A stretch of 32,000 bases of DNA from Candidatus Saccharimonadota bacterium. Lineage in GTDB: Bacteria; Bacteroidota; Bacteroidia; Flavobacteriales; Blattabacteriaceae. The notes beneath the pieces were generated by a model, which saw only the letters and a program-made list of their open reading frames with translations, was not told the DNA's origin and did no database searches. The stretch covers positions 330,001 to 362,000 of the forward strand of contig NZ_CP059199.1 of the NCBI RefSeq assembly GCF_014251775.1, in the 5' to 3' direction. Of this stretch, positions 1 through 10,400 are shown one piece after another. How positions within the stretch are numbered: the stretch's first letter is position 1; the number at the start of each line of letters is the position of its first letter. A program made the translations under genes and the position numbers.

Positions 1-515
1 TTAATAATGCAATATCTAATACTGATATGATAAATCTTTCTATAAAAGAAATACTTAGAAGATCACATATTGAATCCCCTGTGATTCAAAATAATAGTGG
101 AGGAGTTTACAATCATAATTTTTTTTGGAAAATTTTGATTCCCTCATCAAAATTTGAATCACCTGGATTAACATTCAATAATATAATAAATAAAAACTTT
201 AATTCATTTAACTCTTTTAAAGAAAAATTTTCCAATATTGCATTAAATCATTTTGGATCTGGATGGATATGGTTATGTATAAATAATAAAAAAAAATTAA
301 ATATATGTAGTACATCTAATCAAGATAATCCTATTATGTACGGTACAAACTGTGAAGGAATTCCAATATTGGGATTAGACATTTGGGAACATGCATATTA
401 TCTTCAATACCAAAATAGAAGATCAGATTATATATCTTCTTTTTGGAAAATTATTAATTGGAAACAAGTTGAAAATAATTATCTACATGCAATCGAAACA
501 ATAGATGAATATTAA
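1..515 (+). CDS. sodA: Mn-type superoxide dismutase, 5' end truncated by the window edge (frame is open back to base 3)
   Basis: C-terminal Fe/Mn-SOD signature DIWEHAYYLQYQNRRSDYI, plus GSGWIWL and the Mn-type NQD motif (STSNQDNPIM). The reading frame has no stop upstream of the listed Met at 27, so the gene continues off-window. Confidence 0.9.
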   Translation, partial: NNAISNTDMINLSIKEILRRSHIESPVIQNNSGGVYNHNFFWKILIPSSKFESPGLTFNNIINKNFNSFNSFKEKFSNIALNHFGSGWIWLCINNKKKLNICSTSNQDNPIMYGTNCEGIPILGLDIWEHAYYLQYQNRRSDYISSFWKIINWKQVENNYLHAIETIDEY

Positions 516-524
516 ATCAATTAA

Positions 525-872
525 ATGGGAAAAATTATATTAGATGATATAAAAATTTTTGGATATCATGGATGTTTATCAGAAGAAAAAATTATTGGAT
601 CTAATTTTTCTATAAAATTAGAAATTGATTTAGATTTTACAAATGCTTGTATATATGATGATTTATCCGAAACTATTGACTACACATATTTATATAAAAT
701 AGTCAAAGAAGAAATGGAAATAGAATCTAAACTAATAGAACATTTAGCTAAAAGAATAATCACTAGAATACAAAAAATAGAAAAAATAAAAAAAGCAAAA
801 ATAAAAATTTGTAAAGAAAATCCACCTTTAGAAGGTAGAGTAAAACAAGTTTGTGTTATATTAGAAGATTAA
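525..872 (+). CDS. folB: Dihydroneopterin aldolase
   Basis: 115 aa. IKIFGYHGCLSEEKIIGSNFSIKLEIDLDF...DDLSETIDYTYLYKIV matches the FolB family pattern and size. Confidence 0.8.
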   Translation: MGKIILDDIKIFGYHGCLSEEKIIGSNFSIKLEIDLDFTNACIYDDLSETIDYTYLYKIVKEEMEIESKLIEHLAKRIITRIQKIEKIKKAKIKICKENPPLEGRVKQVCVILED

Positions 873-903
873 TATAATTTATTATTATAAATATCAATTA
901 TCA

Positions 904-975
904 GGCACTGTGGCCGAATGGATAAGGCGGAGGTCTGCAAAACCTTTTATAGTGGTTCGATTCCACTCTGTGCCT
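904..975 (+). tRNA. tRNA-Cys (anticodon GCA)
   Basis: Hand-folded cloverleaf. Acceptor GGCACTG/CTGTGCC has one T:T mismatch. D arm is GCC..GGC. Anticodon stem GAGGT/ACCTT carries loop CTGCAAA (GCA). T arm is AGTGG-TTCGATT-CCACT. Discriminator is U, and CCA is not encoded. This is the only G+C-rich patch in its surroundings. Confidence 0.85.
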
Positions 976-982
976 TTTTTAA

Positions 983-1694
983 AAAAAAATTATTAAAAAA
1001 CATATTAACATTTCTAATTATCCATATTTGAAACTTATTAAGGATAAAAATATAAGAATAGATTTTAAATCTTTTATAAAGATTATAGATGTCCCATATA
1101 GTGATATAAATAAACAAAAAATAAATTTTTCAGATTTTACTGTTATTCTATTGATTAGCAATAAATCTGTAGATTATTATTTTAATATAGCTAATTTTAT
1201 GAAATTTAAAGTTCCGACTTATATGAAGTATGAAGTTTGTTTGTCAAACAAAGTCTATTGCTAACTATTTACAAAAATATATAGTCTACAGAAAAAGAAA
1301 AATTTACATTGGAAAAAAATATTTTCAAGATATAATACCTTATATACAGAAAAATCATAAAGAAAAATTTTTATTACCTTCTTAAAATTCATTAAAATCT
1401 GAAATATTAATTATGTTAAATAAATTAAATATTTCTTGAAAAATAGCCATTTTATATAAAATAATAACCAATGATTTATCTGATTTAAAAAATATATATT
1501 ATGATATTTTAGTTTTCTTTAGTCCAGCTAGTATCAAATCTTTATTTGAAAATTTTCCTAATTGTAGTCAAAAAAATATTAAGATTGCTACTTTTGGAAA
1601 AAATACTTTTCAAGCAGGATTAAAAATAGATATTGAAGTACCAACTCCTCAGTTTATCTCTATGGCAATGGCTTTAGAAGAATATATAACATGA
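983..1694 (+). pseudogene. hemD: Uroporphyrinogen-III synthase (HemD-like) pseudogene: one frameshift, two in-frame stops, no usable ATG start
   Basis: Conceptual translation across two frames gives ...NIRIDFKSFIKIIDVPYSDINKQKINFSDFTVILLISNKSVDYYFNIANFMKFKVPTYMK / FVCQTKSIANYLQKYIVYRKRKIYIGKK...YYDILVFFSPASIKSLFENFPNCSQKNIKIATFGKNTFQAGLKIDIEVPTPQFISMAMALEEYIT*. This resembles flavobacterial HemD-like proteins as I recall them. Lesions are a 7-bp tandem duplication ATGAAGT/ATGAAGT at 1223-1236, TAA at 1383-1385 and TGA at 1437-1439. Confidence 0.75.
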
Positions 1695-1700
1695 TTTTAT

Positions 1701-3551
1701 TTATTCTACAGTAACTGATTTTGCTAAATTTCTAGGTTTATCAATATTCTCTCCACGTATATATGCCATTTGATAGGCTAATAATTGAAGTGGAATTACT
1801 GTTACTAGAGGACTTAATTCTTCAGAAATATTAGGAACTTTTATTACATGATCAGCTAACATATTAACCTCTACGTCGTTTTCGTTAATTATAGCAATAA
1901 TTTTTCCATTTCTTGCTTTAATTTCTTGAATGTTACCTACTATTTTAGGATAAGATTCATTTAATGGTGCTATAACTACTACAACTATTTTTTGATCTAT
2001 TAAAGCGATAGGGCCATGTTTCATTTCTGCTGCTGGAAATCCTTCTGCATGTATATAAGATATCTCCTTTAATTTTAAAGCGCCTTCTAAAGCTACTGGA
2101 AAATTAATACCTCTTCCTAAATAAAGAAAATTATTCATAGAATGAAAAATTTTCGATATTTTTTTAATCGAATCATGCACTTTTAAAGCAGTACTAATTT
2201 TTTCTGGAATAGATCCAAGTTCCTCACATAACTTATTATAAATATTATCATTTATAATAGATTTATATTTTCCTATTTTCAAAGCTAATAATATAAGCAT
2301 TGTAATTTGAGCCGTAAAAGCTTTTGTAGATGCTACCCCAATCTCTGGACCAGCATGAGTATATACTCCTGCATCTACAGATCTTGAAATAGTTGATCCC
2401 ACTACATTACAAATTCCAAATACAAAAGCCCCCTTACTTTTTGCTAATTTTAAAGCGGATATAGTATCAGCAGTTTCTCCTGATTGAGAGATTACAATAA
2501 TAATATTATTTTTATTTATAATTGGATCTCTATATCTAAATTCAGAAGCATATTCAACTTCTACAGGAATACGGGCTAATTTTTCTAATAAATATTCTCC
2601 AATTAAACTAGCATGCCAAGATGTACCACAAGCAACTATAGTGATACATTTTGTATTAATAAATTTTTCTTTATTAGATTCAATTCCATCAATATAAATT
2701 ACCTTACTTGATACCAGCAATCTACCTCTTAAAGTATTTAAAATAGTTTGAGGTTGTTCATATATTTCTTTTAACATGAAATATTTATATTTTCCTTTTT
2801 CAATTTCTTTTAAATCAATTTTTAATTTATTTATAACTGGATTCAGTTTGTAATTATTAATAATCTTTCTAAGATCTAGATCTTTATATTTATTAAGAAT
2901 AGCCATTTCTCCATCTTCTAAATAAATAACGTTTTTAGTATACTGAATAAATGAAATTGGATCAGAAGCTACAAAAAATTCTCCATCTCCAATTCCAATA
3001 GCAATAGGACTACCTAATTTAGCAATTATCATACTATCAGGATCATCTCGGTCTACTATAGCTATCGAGTATGCCCCCACTACTTCGGTTAACGAACATC
3101 GTATAGCTTCTTCTAATGAAAATTTATTTTCATTTTTAATATATTCTACTAAATTTACTAGTACCTCAGTATCTGTATTACTTCTAAGAGTAAAACCATT
3201 GTTTAATAAAATAATTTTAATGGAATTATAATTATCTACAATTCCATTATGAATCATAACTAAATTATTAGAATTAGAAATATGAGGATGAGCATTTATA
3301 TCATCAGCTACTCCATGGGTGGCCCATCTAGTGTGACCGATTCCAGTAGTTCCTTTTAACTGAATATTAGAGCGATTAATTTTTTTCTCTAATTCATAAA
3401 CCCTACCTTTAGTTTTATACAAATTATATCCATCTTTATGAAAGATAGATACTCCAGAACTATCGTATCCTCGATATTCTAATTTTTTTAATCCATTAAT
3501 AATAATAGGATATGCATCTCTATTACCTAAATATCCGATTATTCCACACAT
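1701..3551 (-). CDS. glmS: Glutamine--fructose-6-phosphate aminotransferase (isomerizing)
   Basis: 616 aa. Has the N-terminal MCGIIGY class-II amidotransferase nucleophile, two SIS domains and the canonical C-terminus KPRNLAKSVTVE. Confidence 0.95.
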   Translation of the reverse strand: MCGIIGYLGNRDAYPIIINGLKKLEYRGYDSSGVSIFHKDGYNLYKTKGRVYELEKKINRSNIQLKGTTGIGHTRWATHGVADDINAHPHISNSNNLVMIHNGIVDNYNSIKIILLNNGFTLRSNTDTEVLVNLVEYIKNENKFSLEEAIRCSLTEVVGAYSIAIVDRDDPDSMIIAKLGSPIAIGIGDGEFFVASDPISFIQYTKNVIYLEDGEMAILNKYKDLDLRKIINNYKLNPVINKLKIDLKEIEKGKYKYFMLKEIYEQPQTILNTLRGRLLVSSKVIYIDGIESNKEKFINTKCITIVACGTSWHASLIGEYLLEKLARIPVEVEYASEFRYRDPIINKNNIIIVISQSGETADTISALKLAKSKGAFVFGICNVVGSTISRSVDAGVYTHAGPEIGVASTKAFTAQITMLILLALKIGKYKSIINDNIYNKLCEELGSIPEKISTALKVHDSIKKISKIFHSMNNFLYLGRGINFPVALEGALKLKEISYIHAEGFPAAEMKHGPIALIDQKIVVVVIAPLNESYPKIVGNIQEIKARNGKIIAIINENDVEVNMLADHVIKVPNISEELSPLVTVIPLQLLAYQMAYIRGENIDKPRNLAKSVTVE

Positions 3552-3569
3552 TATTTTAAACAGTAAAAA

Positions 3570-4421
3570 TTATAAATTCTTATCATTTTTCCTAAATTGA
3601 TTGATCTTATTATTTAAAATTATTTTTTTATAAAACTGTTGATAAACAGTTTTAATCTCTTCTATTGGATAATATTTTAGCACTAATAATTTATTTATTT
3701 TTTTGATATAATTTTCTATTTTTTCAGGAAAAAAAACATCTCCTTTCATTACTGCATCTGAATAGTACAGACATAATTTTGTTAAATTAAAATAATCTGG
3801 ATTTTTCATTATTTCTAACTGATTAGATTTAACTCCATCTAATTTTATTTTTTTTATAACGTCTTTGTTTAACAATCCTTTGAAAGGATTATTATAAATT
3901 GATACGATTATTCTAGTTTTTTGATATAAAGCATCGTTTTTATACATTTTTTTTACATATAAAGGGATAAAAAAACTGATCCATCCATATAAATGGATAA
4001 TATCTGGTTTCCAATTTAATTTTTTAACTGCTTCTAAAACACCTTTCGTAAAAAATAATGCTCTTTCATCATTATCTACGAAAAAATTTCCCTTTTCATC
4101 TTTATCTATAGCTTTTCTTTTAAAATATTCTTCATTATCTATAAAATAAACCTGTAATCGAGCATCAGGAATAGATGCTACTTTTATTAATAAAGGTTGA
4201 TCTATATTATTAATTATTAAATTCATTCCAGATAAACGAATCACTTCATGCAATTGATGCCGTCTTTCATTTATTAATCCAAAACGTGGCATAAATATTC
4301 TAACATCATTACCTATGGATTGCATAAATTTAGATGCATTTAAAACTGATAAAGAAATTTTATTTTCTGAAGAAAAAGGAAATAAATCTGAAGAAACATA
4401 TAGTATACGTTTACCTGTCAT
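3570..4421 (-). CDS. Glycogen/starch-synthase-like protein (short form with a GT5-type N-terminal domain only)
   Basis: 283 aa. The N-terminus ILYVSSDLFPFSSE and overall pattern resemble the short 'glycogen synthase' proteins of Flavobacteriia. No full GT-B C-terminal domain is present. Confidence 0.55.
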   Translation of the reverse strand: MTGKRILYVSSDLFPFSSENKISLSVLNASKFMQSIGNDVRIFMPRFGLINERRHQLHEVIRLSGMNLIINNIDQPLLIKVASIPDARLQVYFIDNEEYFKRKAIDKDEKGNFFVDNDERALFFTKGVLEAVKKLNWKPDIIHLYGWISFFIPLYVKKMYKNDALYQKTRIIVSIYNNPFKGLLNKDVIKKIKLDGVKSNQLEIMKNPDYFNLTKLCLYYSDAVMKGDVFFPEKIENYIKKINKLLVLKYYPIEEIKTVYQQFYKKIILNNKINQFRKNDKNL

Positions 4422-4566
4422 TTTAAGGTTTTTTTTTCATTTTTGAAATATATAAAAACGGATAATAGCAAATATAAAAAATAATATACAATTATATATC
4501 TAAAAAATTAGATTTTATAAAAAAAAATATAAATAATAAAATTTATTAGATTAAAAATTTTTCTTT

Positions 4567-6540
4567 ATGAAAAATGGAAAAAAAAAAGAAAAAAAATATT
4601 TTTTTACTACTGGTACCATAAATATTACTAATTATGGATACGCTTTTGTACATGTAGAAGGAATTCAAAAAGACATTTTTATTCCAAAAGATAAAATAAA
4701 TAGATCACTAGAAGGAGATTTAGTAAAAATAAAATTTAAAAAGAATAAAGTTAAACCAAAAGGAGAAGTATTAAAAATAATAAAAAGAAATAAAAAAAAA
4801 TTTATTGGAATTTTAAAAATTAATCCTCAACATTATTATAATAACAGTACATTAGATATTTCTAATAAAATGCAGATTATATGTATTTGCAATAATGTTT
4901 CAATTTTAATTCCAAAAAATAAATCTAAAAAATATAAACATGATGATAAAGTATTAGTAGAAATAACACGATGGCCAAAAAAAAATAAAAATCCTATAGG
5001 TAGAATTATAAAAGTTTTTGGAAAAATTGGAATTTATAAAACAGAAATTCATTCTTTATTAGAAGAATATGAAATTTCTAATAAATTTTCTCATAAAATA
5101 AAAGATGAAGCTAAAAAAATTTTTTCAAAAGGATTTATAAATTTTAAAGAAAAACAAAATAGAAAAGATATGCGAAGTATCAATACTTTTACTATAGATC
5201 CTATAGATGCAAAAGATTTTGATGATGCTATTTCTATTAGAAAAATAGAAAAAAAAATTTGGGAAATAGGAATTCATATATCTGATGTTACCCATTATCT
5301 TAAAGAAAATAGTATAATAGATAAAGAAGCGTATATACGAACTTCATCTATATATTTAATGGGTAAAGTAATCCCAATGTTACCTAACATATTATCTGAT
5401 GAACTTTGTTCTTTACAACCAGAAATTGATAAATTAAGTTTTTCATTAATATTAAATATTAATGAAAGAGGAAATATTTTAAAAAGTTGGATTGGAAAAA
5501 CTATAATACGATCTAATAAAAAATTTACATACAATGAAGTACAAAAAATTATAGATAAAAAAAAAGGAAAATTTTATAAAGAAATCAATATATTATATTA
5601 TTTATCTAGAAAATTAATTAAAAAAAGATTAAAAAATGGATCTCTTTATTTAGATAGAATTGAAACAAAATTTCAATTAAATGAAAAAAATGATCCAATA
5701 TCTATTGATCTAGAAAAAAATAAAAGTGCTCATTCTTTAATAGAAGAATTTATGCTATTAACTAATCAAAAGATATCAGAATTTATTAGTAAAAAATCCA
5801 ACAATAATAATAAATATAATCAACCACCATCTATATATAGAATTCATGACAAACCAGATCATGAAAAAATATTGTATTTAAAACAAATAATAAAACCGTT
5901 AGGTTATTCCTTAGATTTAAAAAATATAAAAAGTTCTATTAATCATCTTTTATTACAAATAAAAGGAAAACCCGAACAACATATGATTGAAAATTTTGTA
6001 CTTCGTTCAATGAGTAAAGCGAAATATTCTACAAAAAATATTGGACACTATGGATTATCATTTATTCATTATACTCACTTTACTTCTCCAATAAGGAGAT
6101 ATTCTGATATAATAACTCATCGTTTATTGCAGAATTATTTAATGAATAATAAAAAAAAAATAAAATCAATAGATTTTTATGAAAAAAAATTACAACATTG
6201 CAGTAATCAAGAACGTATAATATTAGATATAGAAAGAGAATTTTTTAAATATATGCAAATAAAATTTGCAAAAATATTTTTACAAGAAAAAGAATTTGAT
6301 GGAGTTATAACAGGTTTTAATGAATGGTCTATTTATATTGATTTAATTCCATATCATATAGAAGGAATGATAAAATTACGCAATATCAAAGAAGATTGTT
6401 ATACTTTCAATTCAAATGGATTTAATATAATTGGAAAAGATTATAAAAATATATATTTTGTCGGTGACAAAATCAAAGTAAAAATAATAGATGTAGATCT
6501 AGAAAAAAAATATGTTATATTAGATTGGATTAATAAATAA
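4567..6540 (+). CDS. rnr: Ribonuclease R (RNB-family 3'-5' exoribonuclease)
   Basis: 657 aa. Has the RNB catalytic motifs TIDPIDAKDFDDAIS and HYGLS...YTHFTSPIRRYSDIITHR, and a C-terminal S1-like domain (GVITGFNEWSIYIDL). Confidence 0.9.
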   Translation: MKNGKKKEKKYFFTTGTINITNYGYAFVHVEGIQKDIFIPKDKINRSLEGDLVKIKFKKNKVKPKGEVLKIIKRNKKKFIGILKINPQHYYNNSTLDISNKMQIICICNNVSILIPKNKSKKYKHDDKVLVEITRWPKKNKNPIGRIIKVFGKIGIYKTEIHSLLEEYEISNKFSHKIKDEAKKIFSKGFINFKEKQNRKDMRSINTFTIDPIDAKDFDDAISIRKIEKKIWEIGIHISDVTHYLKENSIIDKEAYIRTSSIYLMGKVIPMLPNILSDELCSLQPEIDKLSFSLILNINERGNILKSWIGKTIIRSNKKFTYNEVQKIIDKKKGKFYKEINILYYLSRKLIKKRLKNGSLYLDRIETKFQLNEKNDPISIDLEKNKSAHSLIEEFMLLTNQKISEFISKKSNNNNKYNQPPSIYRIHDKPDHEKILYLKQIIKPLGYSLDLKNIKSSINHLLLQIKGKPEQHMIENFVLRSMSKAKYSTKNIGHYGLSFIHYTHFTSPIRRYSDIITHRLLQNYLMNNKKKIKSIDFYEKKLQHCSNQERIILDIEREFFKYMQIKFAKIFLQEKEFDGVITGFNEWSIYIDLIPYHIEGMIKLRNIKEDCYTFNSNGFNIIGKDYKNIYFVGDKIKVKIIDVDLEKKYVILDWINK

Positions 6541-6541
6541 T

Positions 6542-7015
6542 TTATTCTATTCTAACTGAAGAGGGTACAAATATAGTATAATCTCCTCCATTTTTTATAA
6601 TACTTCTTACAAGATAAGAACTAATAAATGATCTTTCGTAAGATGAAAATAAAAATATAGTTTCTATTTTATATTTTGTTTCTAAAAAATGATTAATATA
6701 TAATATATCTTTTTCAAATTCAAAATCTATTTGATTTCTTATTCCTCTTAGTAAAAAATTTACTTTTTTTTTCTTACAAAAAGATATAGTTAATCCATTA
6801 AAAGAATTTATTTCTATTTTATTAGATACCCTTAAAAAGGTTTCATATATCCATTTTTTTCTCTTTTTAATAGAAAACATATTTTTTTTATTTGAATTAT
6901 TTCCAATAGCTATAATTATTTTATCAAATAATCTTAAAGCTCTAATAACAATATCATAATGACCTAAAGTTATTGGATCAAAAGTTCCAGGAAATACAGC
7001 TATTCTTTTTGTCAT
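6542..7015 (-). CDS. coaD: Phosphopantetheine adenylyltransferase
   Basis: 157 aa. AVFPGTFDPITLGHYDI is the nucleotidyltransferase T/HxGH motif. Size and remaining sequence are typical of CoaD. Confidence 0.9.
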   Translation of the reverse strand: MTKRIAVFPGTFDPITLGHYDIVIRALRLFDKIIIAIGNNSNKKNMFSIKKRKKWIYETFLRVSNKIEINSFNGLTISFCKKKKVNFLLRGIRNQIDFEFEKDILYINHFLETKYKIETIFLFSSYERSFISSYLVRSIIKNGGDYTIFVPSSVRIE

Positions 7016-7484
7016 TATTTGGTAATGTAAATGTATTTATTCAATAAATAATGGAATAATAATTTAAAATTTATTAATAATATTAAAAAATTATATTAGA
7101 TTGCATCTCTATAACAATAGACTTTAAATTAACAATTTTATCATTATTTATCATTAAAAAATTTATAATAAAAATTATAACTTTATCAAAAAGTAACAAT
7201 CATAAACATCAACATAACATATTTATTTCCAATATTTATATTGGATTTTTTTTATTTAAGATATTTTAAATTTTTATATCGATAATATTTATCATAGATA
7301 TGATAAATTATAAATGAATGTATTTATAACATAACGCTTAATACTAAAAAAAATTTAAATATAAATCAACATTATTACTAAATTATTTTATTTTAATTTT
7401 AAAATATATAAAAAATCAATTATTTGTAGCCATAAAATTTTTTATTCTACTCATATGTAATAAATATAAATAATTATTGCATAC

Positions 7485-10400
7485 GTGAATAAAAAAAAAT
7501 CTTATATTAAAATTTTTATTATTTATTTTTTATCTTTATTACTAGTTTGCATAACTATTATATTTATAGTTATTTATGCAGGATATAAAGGATTTTTAGG
7601 AAAATTACCTAGTGATAAAGAAATAAGAAGTCCAAAAATGGAAATTGGATCAAAAGTATATGATTGTAAAGGCGTATTACTAGGAAAATTTTTTTATGAA
7701 AATAGAAATTTAATTACTTATAAACAACTTCCAAAGAATTTAGTAAATGCTTTATTAGCAAAAGAAGATATACGTTTTCGAAAACATTCAGGAATTGATA
7801 TAAAATCAATTATAAGAGCTATTTTATCTATGGGAAAAAAAGGAGGAGGTAGTACAATTTCCCAACAATTAGCTAAGTTGTTCTTTACTAAGAAATCAGC
7901 AAAAAACAAAATTGAAAGAATTAATCAAAAAATATTAGAATGGATAATCGCTTTAGAATTAGAAAAACGTTATTCTAAAGAAGAAATTATTACTATGTAT
8001 TATAATAAATTCGATTTTTTATACAATGCAAAAGGAATTGATACAGCTGCTCATACATATTTTGATAAAAAAGTTATTAATCTTAATTTAAATGAATGTG
8101 CTATATTGGTTGGAATGCTTGAAAATCCTTCTTTATATAATCCAATAGATTATCCCAATAGAGCAAAAAAACAAAGAAATTTAGTTTTATTTCAAATGAT
8201 GAAATATAACTTTTTAAAGAATAATCAATATAATAATGAGTCTAAAAAACCAATAAGAACTTATTTTAAAATGAAAGATAAGGATATTGAATTTGTTACT
8301 TATTATGGTGGTTTTCTTAAAAAAGAAATTCAAAATTTATTAAATGAATACGAAATAAAAAAAGGAATAAAATTAAATCTTTATACTAGCGGATTAAAAA
8401 TATATACATCTATTGATTCTAGAATGCAGAATTATGCAGAAAAATCTATAAAAATACATCTTAAAAAATTGCAATCAATATTCGATTCTATACAGAAAAA
8501 AAATAAAAAAGCTCCTTTTTCAAATATTTCTTATAAAAAAATAAATCGGATAATTTTATCGTCAATGCGACGAACTAATCTATATAATAGATTGAAAAAG
8601 AAAGGAATGGCTGAAAAAAATATTATAAAAATATTTAAAAAGAAAATTTTAGTTAAATTATTTACTTGGGATGGTAATAAAAAAGTTATGATGTCACCTT
8701 TGGATTTTATCCGTTATAAAAAAGGAATTATTCAAGCCGGATTATTATCAATGGAATCTTCTACAGGCCATATCAAAGCATGGGTTGGGGGTATAGATTT
8801 CAATAATTTTCAATATGATCATGTAGCACAAACAAAAAGACAAGTTGGATCAATATTTAAACCTATTTTATATGCTGCTGCAATTAAAAAATTACATTAT
8901 AATCCTTGTACAATTATTTCAAATGAAAAATTTAAACTAAAAAATTGGATTCCTAGAAATCATAATGGAAAATATGGAGGATTTATGACATTAAAAGATG
9001 GATTGGCACTATCAGTAAATACTGTATCCGCTCGTATAATGGAAAAAGTTACTCCAAAAACAGTAATTGAATTAGCAAAAAAAATGGGGGTAGAATCCAC
9101 TATTCCAGAAAATCAATCCATTGCATTAGGATCTGCAGATCTTACTTTATATGAAATGACAGGAGTATTTAATACTTTTTCAAATTTTGGAATTTATAAT
9201 AAACCTTCTATTTTATTAAAAATAGAAGATAGAAATGGAAATATTATTAAATATAATTATAATATTAAAAGAAAAGTTCTTAATAAAGACGTTGCATATA
9301 TTATGTTAAACTTAATGCAAGGAGTAGTAAAATATGGAACAGCTAAAAGATTAACCAATCTATATAATATTAAAGGAGATATCGCAGGAAAAACTGGTAC
9401 TACTAACGATAATTCAGATGGATGGTTTATAGGGATGATCCCTAATCTCACTACTGGTGTTTGGGTAGGATGGGAAAATAGATTTTCTCATTTTAATAGT
9501 CTAAAATTAGGACAAGGAGCTAATATGGCACTGCCTATATGGGCACATTATACAAACTATTTATATCACGATAAAAACTTTATTTATAATGAAAAAATGT
9601 TTTTTAAAAAACCTAAAAATTATCAATGGGATGAATGTGAAAACAAAATGGATCAAAAAGATGAAGATCAAATTAATCATAAAAAAGATAATAAGGAATT
9701 TATAGAAAATAAAACAGATAATCCAAATACTTTAGAAGATAATAAAGATAAAAATGAATTGAAATCTCCAGATAAAAAAGAAGATAAAGCGATTCAATCT
9801 GAAGAAAAACCCGAAACTAAATCTACCGGTAATAAACCCGAAACTAAATCTACCGGTAATAAATCCGAAACTAAATCTACCGGTAATAAACCCGAAACTA
9901 AATCTACTGGAAAGAAACCCGAAACTAAATCTACTGGGAAGAAACCCGAAACTAAATCTACTGGAAAGAAACCCGAAACTAAATCTACTGGGAAGAAACC
10001 CGAAACTAAATCTACTGGGAAGAAACCCGAAACTAAATCTACTGGAAAGAAACCCGAAACTAAATCTACTGGAAAGAAACCCGAAACTAAATCTACTGGG
10101 AAGAAACCTGAAACTAAATCTACTGGGAAGAAACCTGAAACTAAATCTACTGGTAAGAAACCTGAAACTAAATCTACCGGTAAGAAACCTGAAACTAAAT
10201 CTACTGGTAAGAAACCTGAAACTAAATCTACCGGTAAGAAACCTGAAACTAAATCTAAAGGAAAGAAACCTGAAACTAAATCTAAAGGAAAGAAACCTGA
10301 AACTAAATCTACCGGTAAGAAACCCGAAACTAAATCTACTGGTAAGAAACCTGAAACTAAATCTACCGGTAAGAAACCCGAAACTAAATCTACTGGTAAG

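Noticed and set aside
1018-1026. TTATCCATA, a one-mismatch DnaA-box-like nonamer, and the idea that the long AT-rich spacers could mark oriC
   Set aside because: It is a single imperfect box inside a decayed coding region. There is no cluster of boxes and no clear strand-bias switch visible in gene orientation. This cannot be supported without a genome-wide GC-skew analysis.
1223-1236. Programmed +1/-1 ribosomal frameshift in the hemD-like gene
   Set aside because: The frame change is explained by a 7-bp tandem duplication, not a slippery heptamer with a downstream structure. Two further nonsense codons and a missing start codon mean frameshifting could not rescue the protein.
1028-1264. 78-aa TTG-initiated ORF from the track as an independent small gene
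   Set aside because: It is the N-terminal fragment of the decayed HemD-like gene. Its homology continues in another frame past its stop codon.
1437-1439. An in-frame TGA at a position where I recall Trp in homologues, suggesting possible TGA=Trp recoding (genetic code 4-like)
   Set aside because: All other genes in the window translate full-length under the standard code with TGG for Trp. TGA is used as a real terminator, for example at the menB stop (19756-19758) and at the end of this same gene (1692-1694). The same gene also has a frameshift and a TAA stop, so a simple TGG->TGA nonsense mutation in a pseudogene is the better explanation.
4578-4587. Long homopolymer tracts inside CDSs (A10 in rnr at 4578-4587, T10/A8/T7 in menE at 16801-16825, and others) as possible slippage-induced frameshift sites
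   Set aside because: I checked the frames and all these genes read through intact. The tracts encode Lys/Phe runs typical of AT-rich symbiont genes. They are potential slippage hot spots, but nothing aberrant is visible here.
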